From Deltaproteobacteria bacterium (lineage in GTDB: Bacteria > Desulfobacterota > Binatia > HRBIN30 > CADEER01): DNA of 64,000 nucleotides. The stretch lies in the NCBI GenBank assembly GCA_029262455.1, contig JAJCZJ010000105.1, positions 4,885 through 68,884 on the forward strand, read 5' to 3'. The position numbers and the translations under genes are program-made. Below the pieces are notes generated by a model, which saw only the letters and a program-made list of their open reading frames with translations, was not told the origin of the DNA and did no database searches. Positions 9,596 through 19,313 of this stretch are shown piece by piece. Within the stretch, counting starts at the first letter, position 1. Every line of letters starts with the position of its first letter.

Positions 9596-10789
9596 TCAGG
9601 CCGTTTCGTGCGAATCGACCTTGCTGGGCATGGCGGGATCGATGACCTCGATCCCGGCGTAGGCCTCTTCCACGAGCGCTTCGATATCGAGGTCGCGCTC
9701 CGCTGCGTTCGCCGCTCCGAGGTTCATTCGTGTCGAGGGATGTTTTGGAACGAAAAGCTGACAGCAGTCCTCGTCGGGCAGGATCGATGTTTCGTACGTA
9801 TTAATGCGGCGCGCTTGTGAGACGATTTCTTCCTTGTCCATGGCGATGAGAGGGCGCAGCATGGGAAGCGAACTAGCCTCTTCGACGACCGCCAAGTTTG
9901 GCAGAGTTTGCGACGCCACCTGGCCCAGGCTGTCTCCCGTTACGATAGCGGCGGCGCCGATCTCTCGCGCCAGCTTGGTTGCGATTCGCATCATCATTCT
10001 TCGGTACAGGACGACCCTCGGGCGCCGCGGCACGCGGGCGACGATCTGCTTCTGGACGGCCCCGAACGGAATGGAGTGAAGGCTGGTATCGGGTTGCCAC
10101 GCATTGAGGGTTCGCGCCAGCTCGATCGCTTTGTCGAGGCTCGCTCGGCTCTGGTAGGGGCCACCGTGAAAGTGGAGCAGCTCGACACGACACCCGCGGT
10201 ACATCATGCGGAATGCTGCGACCGGAGAGTCGATGCCGCCGGACAGGAGAGCGAGAACTTTTCCGCCGGTGCTTCCGGGTAGTCCGCCCGCGCCCGCAAC
10301 TTTGTCGATCGAGTACAGCATCTCGCGCGGTAGGATCTCGACGTGTATTTCGAAGTGAGGGTTGCTCAGGTTCACCGGGCGATTGGTACGTTCTTGGACA
10401 GCGGCGCCTATTTGCGCCGATACTTCGGGAGATTTGATCGGAAAGGTCTTGTCGCACCGCTTGGTGCGGACCGCGAAGTCCGTGAAGTCGTGGTTGGCGG
10501 CGATATCCGCCATGCGGTTGGCAAGCGCCGGGATCGAGGGGTGCACGCGCTCGCAAAGCAGAAAGTTGGCGATCCCGAAAACGCGTTGGAGCCGCTCGCG
10601 CACTGCGGGCCAAACGTCGATGGACGGGAGGTGGAGAATGATCCGACCTGGGGCGCGGTGGGTCTGGCGGACACCCGTCCCCTCGAGTGCGCGCACGATA
10701 TTGCGTGTGAGCTGCGCGACGAACGTCGTGCGGTTCGCCTTTTTTAGCGCGATTTCGTGATAGCGCACGACCACTCGATTCATTGCCAT
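9596..10789 (-). CDS. thiI: tRNA 4-thiouridine(8) synthase ThiI (no C-terminal rhodanese domain)
   Basis: VVRYHEIALK N-terminus, THUMP region, PP-loop LLSGGIDSPVA, GDSLGQVASQT, EDCC. Confidence 0.93.
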   Translation of the reverse strand: MAMNRVVVRYHEIALKKANRTTFVAQLTRNIVRALEGTGVRQTHRAPGRIILHLPSIDVWPAVRERLQRVFGIANFLLCERVHPSIPALANRMADIAANHDFTDFAVRTKRCDKTFPIKSPEVSAQIGAAVQERTNRPVNLSNPHFEIHVEILPREMLYSIDKVAGAGGLPGSTGGKVLALLSGGIDSPVAAFRMMYRGCRVELLHFHGGPYQSRASLDKAIELARTLNAWQPDTSLHSIPFGAVQKQIVARVPRRPRVVLYRRMMMRIATKLAREIGAAAIVTGDSLGQVASQTLPNLAVVEEASSLPMLRPLIAMDKEEIVSQARRINTYETSILPDEDCCQLFVPKHPSTRMNLGAANAAERDLDIEALVEEAYAGIEVIDPAMPSKVDSHETA

Positions 10790-10834
10790 GGATCCGGCAA
10801 CATAGGTGCGCTGCGGGTTCGCGGCAACTGGCGT

Positions 10835-11599
10835 ATGGCTTTCGACGATACAATAGAGACTTGGCTAGACGAGAAGCGCCGCGAGGTGGAGACCATTCGC
10901 GGCATTGCGACGCAGGCGATCGTCCCGAGTCGGCGGGACTTCTGCCAGTTCATCGCGAGCCAGAGGACGGCCGTGAACTTGGTGCCGCGCTTGGCTCGCC
11001 GCGACCCCGCAACCGAAACCCGCTGGCCCGATCTCGATTTAGTGGCGCTCGCCAAGGACCTCGATGATACCGATATCGGCGCTTTGGCGTTTCGCTCCGC
11101 TGCGCTCCATGGCGGCAGCTTGGACGAGTTGGCCGAGGTGAGTACCGCCGTCTCGGCACCCGTACTGCGAGACGACCTGTGCCTGCATGAGGCACAGGTC
11201 TATGACTCGCGCTTGCGCGGAGCCGATGCGATTTTGATTCCGGCGGGCATTCTCGACGATGAGGAAGTCGTGCGCATCGCCGATATCGCAGTCTCGTTGC
11301 ATATGACCCCGGTCGTCGCGGTGCGCGACCGAGACCAGCTGGCGCGTCTGGAGCCGCGTGCCCCGTGGTGCGTCGGCATTGAATGCACGATGGTTGATGG
11401 GTACGCGGATCTGAGCTTGGTGGGAGGGATTTCCGACGCGGTACCGCACCATTTGGTGGTCGTTCTGCTCTCCGAGCTGCGCACTTTGGATGATGCTGCG
11501 GCATTGAGCGGGCTGGTTGACGCCGTCGTGGTGGGAAAGTCGCTCTTCGATCGCGCCGATCCGGTTGCCGCTGTCGAAAGCTATTTGGCTGCATTGTGA
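10835..11599 (+). CDS. Indole-3-glycerol-phosphate synthase-like TIM barrel, catalytically degenerate
   Basis: GGSLDEL..V...V..PVLRDDL....QVYDSRLRGADAILI...D...GKSL pattern matches the TrpC scaffold, but the catalytic residues are substituted. Confidence 0.7.
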   Translation: MAFDDTIETWLDEKRREVETIRGIATQAIVPSRRDFCQFIASQRTAVNLVPRLARRDPATETRWPDLDLVALAKDLDDTDIGALAFRSAALHGGSLDELAEVSTAVSAPVLRDDLCLHEAQVYDSRLRGADAILIPAGILDDEEVVRIADIAVSLHMTPVVAVRDRDQLARLEPRAPWCVGIECTMVDGYADLSLVGGISDAVPHHLVVVLLSELRTLDDAAALSGLVDAVVVGKSLFDRADPVAAVESYLAAL

Positions 11600-12105
11600 C
11601 GATTCGGGCGGCGGTGTTGATTCCGGTGCGAACCGTACCAGGGGTCGGTCTGGTGATGACGATGATTCGGCGATCCGACGGGGGCACGCATGCCGGACAG
11701 ATGGCTTTTCCCGGGGGCCGATTTGAAGACGGTATCGACGGGAGCCTTCTGGCGACGGCGGTGCGCGAGACTTACGAAGAGGTGGGCATCGCGCCATCGG
11801 ATATCGAGATGGTGGGTGCCCTACCGGAGCGCCGCACGTATAGCTCCGCGTACGTCGTCAGTCCGTTCGTCGGCCGCATTCCCCACCCCTACGAATTCGC
11901 AGCCGAGGTTCGCGAGGTCGACCGTATTATCGATGCACCAATAGAAGCGTTTCGGGAAAGAGCGAAGCGTCGTTTTGTGCCTTGGCAGTATCAAGGGAAG
12001 GCGGTCGAAGCGCCAGCGGTCGAAGTCGAGGGTGAGCTCGTCTGGGGATTGTCCCTCAACATTATCGAAGATTTGTTGGCATCTGATTTGGCTGGTCGAT
12101 TGTGA
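11596..12105 (+). CDS. Nudix hydrolase, CoA pyrophosphatase (NudL/PCD1) family
   Basis: AAVLIP, HAGQMAFPGG and Nudix box TAVRETYEEVG; VWG near the C-terminus. Confidence 0.88.
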   Translation: MTIRAAVLIPVRTVPGVGLVMTMIRRSDGGTHAGQMAFPGGRFEDGIDGSLLATAVRETYEEVGIAPSDIEMVGALPERRTYSSAYVVSPFVGRIPHPYEFAAEVREVDRIIDAPIEAFRERAKRRFVPWQYQGKAVEAPAVEVEGELVWGLSLNIIEDLLASDLAGRL

Positions 12106-12113
12106 TCGTGCGC

Positions 12114-13694
12114 TCACTTCGCTTCCTTCCCGGCGCAAAGGTCCAAAGCGCGGCGTCGTAGTTCGCTGCGATCGACTTTACCGCTGCCCAGTGTCGGGAC
12201 AGCCCCGGGCTCGAGTTCGAAGAAGTGGCGTGGGACCTTGTAGGTGGCAAGAACTTTCCCGCAGTGATCGAGGAGGGCGGTTCGATCGAAATTTTCGTTT
12301 GCCGACACGATGAAGGCAGCTACGTTTTCTCCGCGGATGCGATCCGGGACGGGGACGACGTATGCACTCTCGATGTCGGGGTGTTGCTGTAGTGCCTGCT
12401 CAACCTCAGCGGCGGCGACGTTGACCCCGGCACTTTTGATGACATCGCCGAGCCGGCCGAGAAAGTGTAGGTGCCCGGTGTCGTCAAGGCGCCCGCGATC
12501 GCCGGTGTGGAAGTACCCGTCGGGGTCAAAAGCATCACCGTCTATTTGTCCGTAGTAGCCGCGCATCAGGCTGTCACCACGCACGAGAACCTCTCCCGCG
12601 GTGCCGGACGGCGCGTGCGATCCATCGTTCGCCGCGATGCGGATCTCGAGACCGGGCATTGGCCTGCCGTGCGAGCCCGCCCTCACTTCGAGCGGATCGT
12701 CGTATCCCGTGCAAGCCGCCATCGGCCCGGTTTCGCTCATCCCCCACGTGCCGACACATTGGTGGTCGTCGGCGAGGAGGGAGCGCGCCCAAGGCGCGTT
12801 GGCTCCCGGCCCTTTGTGCAGTCGCAGATTCTCGCGCCGGAAGTCGGGGTGACCGGCGATGGCCTCGGCTTGGTGGGGCCATCCGAAGAAGACCGTGCAG
12901 CCGTGCGTCTCCATCAGACGAATCGCTTCTTTGGGCGAGAAGATGTCTTGCAGGAGTAGGGCGCCGCCGCGATTGAGCGTTGCGAGAGCTACGCCGACAA
13001 GTCCTCCGTTGAAGAACATTGGCAAGTAGCCGTACGTCCGGTCGTCGTTGTCGAGACCCAATCGATGGCCGACGTTCTCCGCCGCGCGTAGCATGCTGGC
13101 ATGAGTGTGGACGACACCTTTCGGGTCGGCGGTGCTGCCGGAGGTGAAAAAGATGGCTGCGTCATCCGACCCGTGCACCGGGCCATCGTCCTCTGCTGCT
13201 TCGACTGCAGCGGCGACGGCTGCTGCCCAGTCACCGTCGGGTCCTGAGAATGCGACGCGGCGCAGGGCCGGTAGATCCCTCGTGCGTCCAGCGGCTTGGC
13301 CACCGAAGAGACGGGGGCAAATTTCGGCCAGATTCGAACGATAGTCGTGTCCCAGGAACTCGTTTTCTGCGACCACAATTTCAACCTCGGCGAGGCGCAG
13401 CGAGTGGGCCAGCTCGCGGGGGCGATAGAGGGTGTTCAGCGGTACGAGGATGGCACCGACTTGCCACGCGCCGAACGCGCACGCCAACCATTCCGGGCGG
13501 TTGGGCAGGAGCAGCCCGATGTGTGTGCCCCGACTCGCACCGATGCTGCGGAATGCTGCCGCCCGGCGCTGACTTTCGTGATGCAGGTCTTTGTAGGTCC
13601 AGGTCGTCACGCGGTCGATGAGAGCGGGCGCGTCGGGCCATTTTCTTGCCCATTCTGCGGAGACGGTGGGCAAGGTTCTGTGTTTGGAGTTCAT
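12114..13694 (-). CDS. Acyl-CoA synthetase / AMP-binding enzyme
   Basis: FTSGSTADPKG, WGMSET, FHTGD, GRLGDVIKSAG, SGKV. Confidence 0.92.
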   Translation of the reverse strand: MNSKHRTLPTVSAEWARKWPDAPALIDRVTTWTYKDLHHESQRRAAAFRSIGASRGTHIGLLLPNRPEWLACAFGAWQVGAILVPLNTLYRPRELAHSLRLAEVEIVVAENEFLGHDYRSNLAEICPRLFGGQAAGRTRDLPALRRVAFSGPDGDWAAAVAAAVEAAEDDGPVHGSDDAAIFFTSGSTADPKGVVHTHASMLRAAENVGHRLGLDNDDRTYGYLPMFFNGGLVGVALATLNRGGALLLQDIFSPKEAIRLMETHGCTVFFGWPHQAEAIAGHPDFRRENLRLHKGPGANAPWARSLLADDHQCVGTWGMSETGPMAACTGYDDPLEVRAGSHGRPMPGLEIRIAANDGSHAPSGTAGEVLVRGDSLMRGYYGQIDGDAFDPDGYFHTGDRGRLDDTGHLHFLGRLGDVIKSAGVNVAAAEVEQALQQHPDIESAYVVPVPDRIRGENVAAFIVSANENFDRTALLDHCGKVLATYKVPRHFFELEPGAVPTLGSGKVDRSELRRRALDLCAGKEAK

Positions 13695-13800
13695 TGAGGT
13701 AAGTGGGCCACACGTCGTGCCGCTACATCAAGAGCTGAGCCAGGGAGGGGTTGACCCGGTTGTTGAATGTAAGCCCCGCCGCTAACGTCATCCTTCGACT

Positions 13801-15090
13801 ATGGACTTCGATAGATTGTTGGATCGCCTGCGAGCCGGTTTCTTCCGAAACTTTCTCCACTTCTTGTTGTTTGCGAGCAGCGTTGCAATGTGGGCTGTTC
13901 CGGTCTGGGTAGGCCACAATCTCGGCACGTTTCGTCTCTCCTTTGGTAGCCAGGTCGCGGGCGTTCTTGCGGTGTACGGTTTGAACTGGGTCGTGCTGCG
14001 CCGACCCGGGTTGTCGCCCAGGCGCTGGTTGCGCCGTTACTCGGCGTTGGCCTTTGGCTTGCTGCTGTGTTTCGCGTTTCTCATCTTCACGACGGTCGTT
14101 TTTAGTGCCGGGCGCGCGGTTCTTGCGGTCGTGGATCCAGATCTCGCCCTCTTGGCGACGACTGCTGAGCAAGCCGTCGGTTTGGCGGGCGTTGCGACGA
14201 TCTTGGGATTGCTTGTGTTTGGCTATACCGGGGGGCAGCGCCAGCTGCAGATCAACCACGTGCCGATTTCGATGCCCGGGCTGGGTGGCGCGCTACGAGT
14301 TGTGCAGTTGAGTGACATTCATGTCGGTCAGAACCTTGGGTTCGAACAGCTGGTCGATTTTGTGGAGAGAGTGAATGCGCTGGACCCCGACTTGGTGATT
14401 CTAACCGGCGATATCGCCGATGGACCGAAATCTGATCTCGAACGGTTTTTTCCGGTGTTGGGCGGGATTCGCGCGCGTCATGGAACCTTGGCGATTCTCG
14501 GCAATCACGATCACAACGCCGGTGCGGACCGAGTCGAGGCCGCACTGGTCGAGGTTGGCATCGACGTGCTGCGGGACCGGGCGACGACGCTCGATCTCGA
14601 CGGGTGCGTGTTGCATGTGATGGGACTCGACGATCGCGGGCCCGACTGGGCACGTGGTTACCGGGAAGACTTGACTCTCGGCCGGTTGTTGGCAGAAGCC
14701 CCACCGGAGGTGCCGCGGCTTTTGCTGGTGCATCGTCCCGATGTCTTTCGGCAGGCCGCCGAGCTCAAGGTGAACCTGACTCTGTCCGGGCACACGCACG
14801 GAGGGCAGCTGGCGTTGCCCTGGTTTGGTGGTCGTCGTCGCAATCTGGCCGAGTTTGTCACCAAGTTTGATCGCGGATTGTTTCGCGCCGGTGAATCCTC
14901 GCTCTATGTCAACTGCGGTCTCGGTGTCACTGCGCAACGGATTCGGTTGTTTACGCCGCGAGAGATCACGGTTCTCGATCTTGCCGCGGTGTCGGTAGGG
15001 GGCGAGATCGAAGTGGAACCGAGACTGCGCCGTGTGATTCAATCACACGGCGCAATGTGGCGGCGAAGCGGAGCCGGTCGAGTCGCATAG
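13801..15090 (+). CDS. Membrane-anchored calcineurin-like metallophosphoesterase (YkuE/YaeI family)
   Basis: N-terminal TM helices; SDIH, TGDIAD, GNHDH, LVHRPD, SGHTHGGQ. Confidence 0.9.
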   Translation: MDFDRLLDRLRAGFFRNFLHFLLFASSVAMWAVPVWVGHNLGTFRLSFGSQVAGVLAVYGLNWVVLRRPGLSPRRWLRRYSALAFGLLLCFAFLIFTTVVFSAGRAVLAVVDPDLALLATTAEQAVGLAGVATILGLLVFGYTGGQRQLQINHVPISMPGLGGALRVVQLSDIHVGQNLGFEQLVDFVERVNALDPDLVILTGDIADGPKSDLERFFPVLGGIRARHGTLAILGNHDHNAGADRVEAALVEVGIDVLRDRATTLDLDGCVLHVMGLDDRGPDWARGYREDLTLGRLLAEAPPEVPRLLLVHRPDVFRQAAELKVNLTLSGHTHGGQLALPWFGGRRRNLAEFVTKFDRGLFRAGESSLYVNCGLGVTAQRIRLFTPREITVLDLAAVSVGGEIEVEPRLRRVIQSHGAMWRRSGAGRVA

Positions 15091-15931
15091 CACCTCGTCG
15101 CAGGAGGGTGGTGTTGCCAGGATCCCAGAGCAGGACCGGTTTTCCGCGAGACAGGGCTTCGAGGCAGATCGACTCGACTGTGCCGCCCTTGCGGGCGCTG
15201 GTAACGAAGATCACATGCCCTAGCGCGGCGATCAGTTCATCACGCCTTCTGCCGTTGTTGGGTGCTGCGTGGTCCTCTGGTCGAAACGGAGACAGCGCGA
15301 GCGCCGTGTCCCGGTCGAATACGGTGCGACTCACACCGCTGCCGAATGGGTCGCGTCGATAATCTCCATTGAATGCTGTGAATAAGCCCCGATCGAGGAC
15401 GACGATGCGGTTGGCGTTGATTGCGCGTGCGGATATCGCGGCGAGCCGGTGGGTGGTCTTCATCCCACCGACCGCCAGGACGAGGTTCAGGGTACGGGCG
15501 GTTCGTATGGCCGTCACGATCGCTTGAACTGTGTCTTCGAGAATCTCTCGGGAGCTCAAAATGGCCAGGCAGGGACTGTTGAGCAGCGTCCGGTTTCCGA
15601 GAGTGAATATCAGCGGTGGCGTATGCCTTAGGTCGGAGTGGAAGCGGCTAGGGAATCCGGGTGAGTCCGGCGACAGGGCGCGCGCCCCGACGCGGTCTAG
15701 TTGGTCGACGATTCGTCGACATCGATCCATGTGCTCCGATCGCTGTGAGATCAGGCGACGGATGGCGTCGGTGGGTAGTCGGTAGAATCGCGCAAGGTGT
15801 TCCGGTGATGCTGCCAAGACCGATTCGGGAGAGGTGTTCGACACCGACGCCTGCGACTGAAGTCGTGCGAGAATTCGCTCACCTACCCCGGGTAGTTCTC
15901 TGATCGCCACCCATGCCGACGTGCGTCGCAT
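14966..15931 (-). CDS. Divergent DprA/Smf-like DNA-processing protein
   Basis: LPGVGER HhH-like start, FPSRF...PPLIFTLGN..LL, AILSSR, LSPF.P, RRRDELIAAL, ALSRGKPV. Confidence 0.7.
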   Translation of the reverse strand: MRRTSAWVAIRELPGVGERILARLQSQASVSNTSPESVLAASPEHLARFYRLPTDAIRRLISQRSEHMDRCRRIVDQLDRVGARALSPDSPGFPSRFHSDLRHTPPLIFTLGNRTLLNSPCLAILSSREILEDTVQAIVTAIRTARTLNLVLAVGGMKTTHRLAAISARAINANRIVVLDRGLFTAFNGDYRRDPFGSGVSRTVFDRDTALALSPFRPEDHAAPNNGRRRDELIAALGHVIFVTSARKGGTVESICLEALSRGKPVLLWDPGNTTLLRRGAMRLDRLRFAATLRRVIESHGAVSVPLRSRPLPTPRQDREP

Positions 15932-15983
15932 GGTCTAGCTATGTAGTACTATTTTAGATAGCTGTAAAGAGTACCCGGTTACA

Positions 15984-16178
15984 TCAGGACAGGGGACGCG
16001 TCTTGTCGTAGGATGGTCCTCGATCGTCGCGCAGTCGTTCGAAGTCCCTTTCCGCCTCGCGAAAGACCCGTTGCTTTCGCTGGGCGAGGCCATAGAGCGC
16101 CATCAGCCCGGCGAGCACCGCGATAGCGGTGCGCGGGTGTTCGCGAATCCAGACGAGTATTTCTATGGCCGCATCCAT
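15984..16178 (-). CDS. Small single-TM hypothetical protein
   Basis: MDAAIEILVWIREHPRTAIAVLAGLMALYGLAQRK followed by a charged tail. Confidence 0.55.
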   Translation of the reverse strand: MDAAIEILVWIREHPRTAIAVLAGLMALYGLAQRKQRVFREAERDFERLRDDRGPSYDKTRPLS

Positions 16179-16399
16179 CGGGATTGCTGCCAGGTTACCT
16201 CGGCAATGCTGTGCATCAAGCGTCAAATCGCCTGATCGTATTGATTTGTAACAATATGCAGCAAAGTGACCGGCCGCTGCATCCCGTAACAAGATGAGTC
16301 ATCGCTGCAACCTCTGTGGACGCCTGTTTGGCGATTGCAATGCGGAATCGCATGGCTATATAGGTGCAGCCGTTGGTTCGTGATGAGGGGTGGATCTTG

Positions 16400-18913
16400 A
16401 TGATGAAGTGGGGGCGCTTCAGCTCACTGGCACGCGTCGCTGGCTTGCTGGCTTGCCTGAGCTTGCCGGTAGTCGCAGTCGGGCAGGAAGTAGCCGGGGA
16501 CGCGAATTGCGACCAAGTCGTGGATGCCAGCGACTTGAACGACTTGGCGACCGCGGTCTTTGAAGGCAGCGATTGCCTGACGGCCGACGTCAATGAGGAT
16601 GGCGGACTGAGTGCCGCTGACTTGATTGCGCTGGTTTTCGCGCTAGATGCGACCCAGGTTACCGCCACCCCAACCGAGACGGAAGGACTCAATCCTACCG
16701 ATACTCCCACTGAGACTGGGGGCCCCGATCCGACCGAAACTCCGACCGAGACGGGCACGGAAGTGCCTGAAACTGAGACCCCAACCTCGACGGTGACTCC
16801 AACAGCAACGAGGATTCCGACGCCAACGGCGACGCGAATGCCGACTGCCGATGGCCCGACGCCGACGCCGCCGGCGACTTTCACGGCCAGCGCGACCCCG
16901 ACCGCGACGCGTACCGATACCAATACGCGGACGCCCTCGCAGACCGCGACTCCGTCCAATACCCAGACGCCGACGCGGACGGGCACACCGACGCGCACAG
17001 GCACCTCGACGCGGACGCCAACCGTGACCCGGACGCCACCTCCGACGCGTACTCCAACGCGTACCGGAACGACGACGCGCACGCGGACGCCGTCGCGCAC
17101 CGGCACTCCGACGCGAACCCAGACCGCGACGCGTACGCCACCGCCAACGTTTACCTCAACACGTACCGGAACGACGACGCGCACGCGGACGCCGTCGCGC
17201 ACCGGCACTCCGACGCGAACCCAGACCGCGACACGTACGCCACCGCCAACGTTCACCGCAACACGTACCGGAACGCCGACGCGCACACGGACGCCGACGC
17301 GCACCGGCACTTCGACGCGCACCACGACAAGGACCCGTACGGGTACGTTGACCCCGACGCCCTCTCGCACAGGGACCTCGACGCGCACGCGCACGGGGAC
17401 GCGTACCTGGACTCCGAGTCGCACGCCGACCGGAACCCGCTCATTTACCGCGACTCGTTCGCCGATCGGTACTCTGACTCCAACGCGGACGGGGACGTCG
17501 AGCCGTACGCCGACGTTGACGGGCACGCCGACCGGAACCCGTACCCCGACTGGGACACGCACGGCGACGAGTACGGGCACCCGGACGCGTACGGGGACGC
17601 CGACCCGCAGCGCCACGCCGACCCGGACGAATACCTCGACCAGGACCTCGACTGGCACGCCGACCAATACTCGGACTGGCACGGCCACACGAACCCATAC
17701 GGGAACCAGGACGCCGACGCCCACGCGTACCCCGATCGGGACCAACACCGCGACGCGGACCCAGACGTTTACGCGGACGCAAACCCACACGCGTACAGCG
17801 ACCTTGACGCGTACGCCGACTGGTACGAGAACGCCGAGCGCCACCCTTACGTCGACCCGGACCGGGACTCAGACACGCACGCCGACGGCCACTCGCACGC
17901 ACACCTTCACTCGCACGAATACGCCGACGCGGACGTCCACCGGCACGCGAACTTCGACCAGAACTGGGACATCGACGCGGACCTTTACGCTTACGCGAAC
18001 TCCTACTGGAACCAGAACCTGGACGCCGACCCGTACCTCGACCGGCACGCCTACTTCGACGCGTACGCGGACGTTCACGCGCACCCAGACGTTTACAAAT
18101 ACCCCGACACTCACTCAGACCCCGGTGTTTTCGTTCACGCCGAGCCAGACCGGCACACCGACGCAAACGGGAACCAATACACTGACTCCATCGCAAACGG
18201 GTACGCCGACGCAGACTGGTACTCCGACGTCAACCACCGACCGCATTGGTCCGCCCGTGGTTGCGTTTCAGGCCGTGCGTCAGAACGGATGTCCCGGGTG
18301 CTGCAATTTCAGCTGCCGGCTGACCCCGACGCCGACGCCAGAATTCGACGCCGAAGGGCGTCCGGTCTTCAATACCAATGACCGATTCTTGTTGGTGGTC
18401 GAGACCTCGGTCGGGCAGTCGGTGCTGCATGCCGGTAGTCAAGGCGTGATGGTGGGTGACGACGTTGACGACATCACCCACTCGAGTGGGCGCCCGTCCC
18501 TTCAACTGCTTGCCTCAATGGATCTCGGCAACGGCAGTAGCCAGGTTTGCGATGGATCCCCAGTGAATCCTCCAGGCGGCGTCCCGGGCTTCGCTCCTCC
18601 GATCATAGACTGTGATGATCCCGATCTGACACCGGCCCAACAACTCGCTTGCCAGTCGCAGGAGTCAGAGGTCACTGACGCCCTGGTCGATGTCGCGTGT
18701 CGATTTGCTTTCGTCACTTCAGAGGGCAACGCCTGCACAAAGAATCCGTTCGGGGACTTTGCTTTTCTGGCGGATAACACGACCCGACAGTATTGCTTTC
18801 AGATCCCAACCGATTCGCAGCTGCCGGCCGGTGAGACGGTTCTAAAAGTCCAAGCCAGAGATGGTGCCGGATTCCTCGGTCCAGCCAGCGAGATCGTCAT
18901 CCGCGTACCATAA
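16400..18913 (+). CDS. Secreted protein: dockerin-like domain, long (Thr-X)n stalk, Cys-containing C-terminal domain (copy 1)
   Basis: Signal peptide; [14 protein letters not shown]...[14 protein letters not shown] duplicated Ca-loop; about 530-aa T-x-T repeat; C-terminal domain homologous to that of 24958..27138. Confidence 0.85.
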   Translation: MMKWGRFSSLARVAGLLACLSLPVVAVGQEVAGDANCDQVVDASDLNDLATAVFEGSDCLTADVNEDGGLSAADLIALVFALDATQVTATPTETEGLNPTDTPTETGGPDPTETPTETGTEVPETETPTSTVTPTATRIPTPTATRMPTADGPTPTPPATFTASATPTATRTDTNTRTPSQTATPSNTQTPTRTGTPTRTGTSTRTPTVTRTPPPTRTPTRTGTTTRTRTPSRTGTPTRTQTATRTPPPTFTSTRTGTTTRTRTPSRTGTPTRTQTATRTPPPTFTATRTGTPTRTRTPTRTGTSTRTTTRTRTGTLTPTPSRTGTSTRTRTGTRTWTPSRTPTGTRSFTATRSPIGTLTPTRTGTSSRTPTLTGTPTGTRTPTGTRTATSTGTRTRTGTPTRSATPTRTNTSTRTSTGTPTNTRTGTATRTHTGTRTPTPTRTPIGTNTATRTQTFTRTQTHTRTATLTRTPTGTRTPSATLTSTRTGTQTRTPTATRTHTFTRTNTPTRTSTGTRTSTRTGTSTRTFTLTRTPTGTRTWTPTRTSTGTPTSTRTRTFTRTQTFTNTPTLTQTPVFSFTPSQTGTPTQTGTNTLTPSQTGTPTQTGTPTSTTDRIGPPVVAFQAVRQNGCPGCCNFSCRLTPTPTPEFDAEGRPVFNTNDRFLLVVETSVGQSVLHAGSQGVMVGDDVDDITHSSGRPSLQLLASMDLGNGSSQVCDGSPVNPPGGVPGFAPPIIDCDDPDLTPAQQLACQSQESEVTDALVDVACRFAFVTSEGNACTKNPFGDFAFLADNTTRQYCFQIPTDSQLPAGETVLKVQARDGAGFLGPASEIVIRVP
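17060..17275 (+). repeat. 102-bp near-perfect in-frame tandem duplication (about 2.1 copies)
   Basis: CGTACCGGAACG recurs at 17060, 17162 and 17264, with nearly identical intervening sequence. Confidence 0.85.
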
Positions 18914-19130
18914 GAACTTCGCGCCGGCCGACAGCGGTCTTTCGACAGACTGGCCCGGTTGCCGAAATCCTCAACCAAAGCCGGGGCGTTCCCTCCAGTT
19001 TCGCGCCTTGGCAGTGCGCTGAAATCCTCGTTTTCGCTCGCTCGCCGGTTTTTCAACGGACGGCTCGAGGCCACTTTGTGGAAGAGCTCTGTCCCCATGC
19101 CCGGGTGGCGGCGCTCATGGCTCACTGCCA

Positions 19131-19184
19131 AGCGACCATTTAGCTTTCCAAAAGCCTACCAATTAGCTTGCCAGAAGCTTACCA
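19131..19184 (+). promoter_or_regulatory. Helically phased direct repeats AGCYTDCCA (candidate transcription-factor array)
   Basis: AGCGACCA 19131, AGCTTTCCA 19142, AGCCTACCA 19153, AGCTTGCCA 19165, AGCTTACCA 19176. Confidence 0.6.
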
Positions 19185-19313
19185 AGCCCCTATGGTCCCG
19201 TTGCAGAAGATCGGTTTTTTCCCCATTACTCGGATGTAGTGCAAAAATCCCTTTCCTCTGTCGAAACCTATGTCATTATTGAGCATGCCAACGGAAAAAC
19301 CGTCCCCCGACCT

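Noticed and set aside
10835-11599. Calling this gene trpC
   Set aside because: The catalytic Lys/Glu/Asn motifs are substituted, so the symbol was withheld.
15033-15047. TGTGA-N5-TCACA as a CRP/FNR site
   Set aside because: The spacer is 5 rather than 6 nt and the site is at convergent 3' ends; kept only as a palindrome.
16329-16344. Possible sigma54 promoter TGGCGA-TTGCA-ATGCG before stalk protein 1
   Set aside because: GG-N10-GC spacing fits, but several consensus positions mismatch; too weak to call.
16216-18196. Long Val/Arg-rich minus-strand ORFs (e.g. 16216..17844, 17441..18196)
   Set aside because: Antisense shadows of the ACN-rich Thr repeat; the plus-strand ORF has the signal peptide and folded domains.
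16650-18240. Thr-X repeats as a CRISPR array or an ice-nucleation protein
   Set aside because: No constant repeat with unique spacers and no cas genes. The InaZ-type AGYGSTxTA 16-mer is absent and the stalk is Pro/Arg-rich; TxT ice binding cannot be supported from sequence alone.
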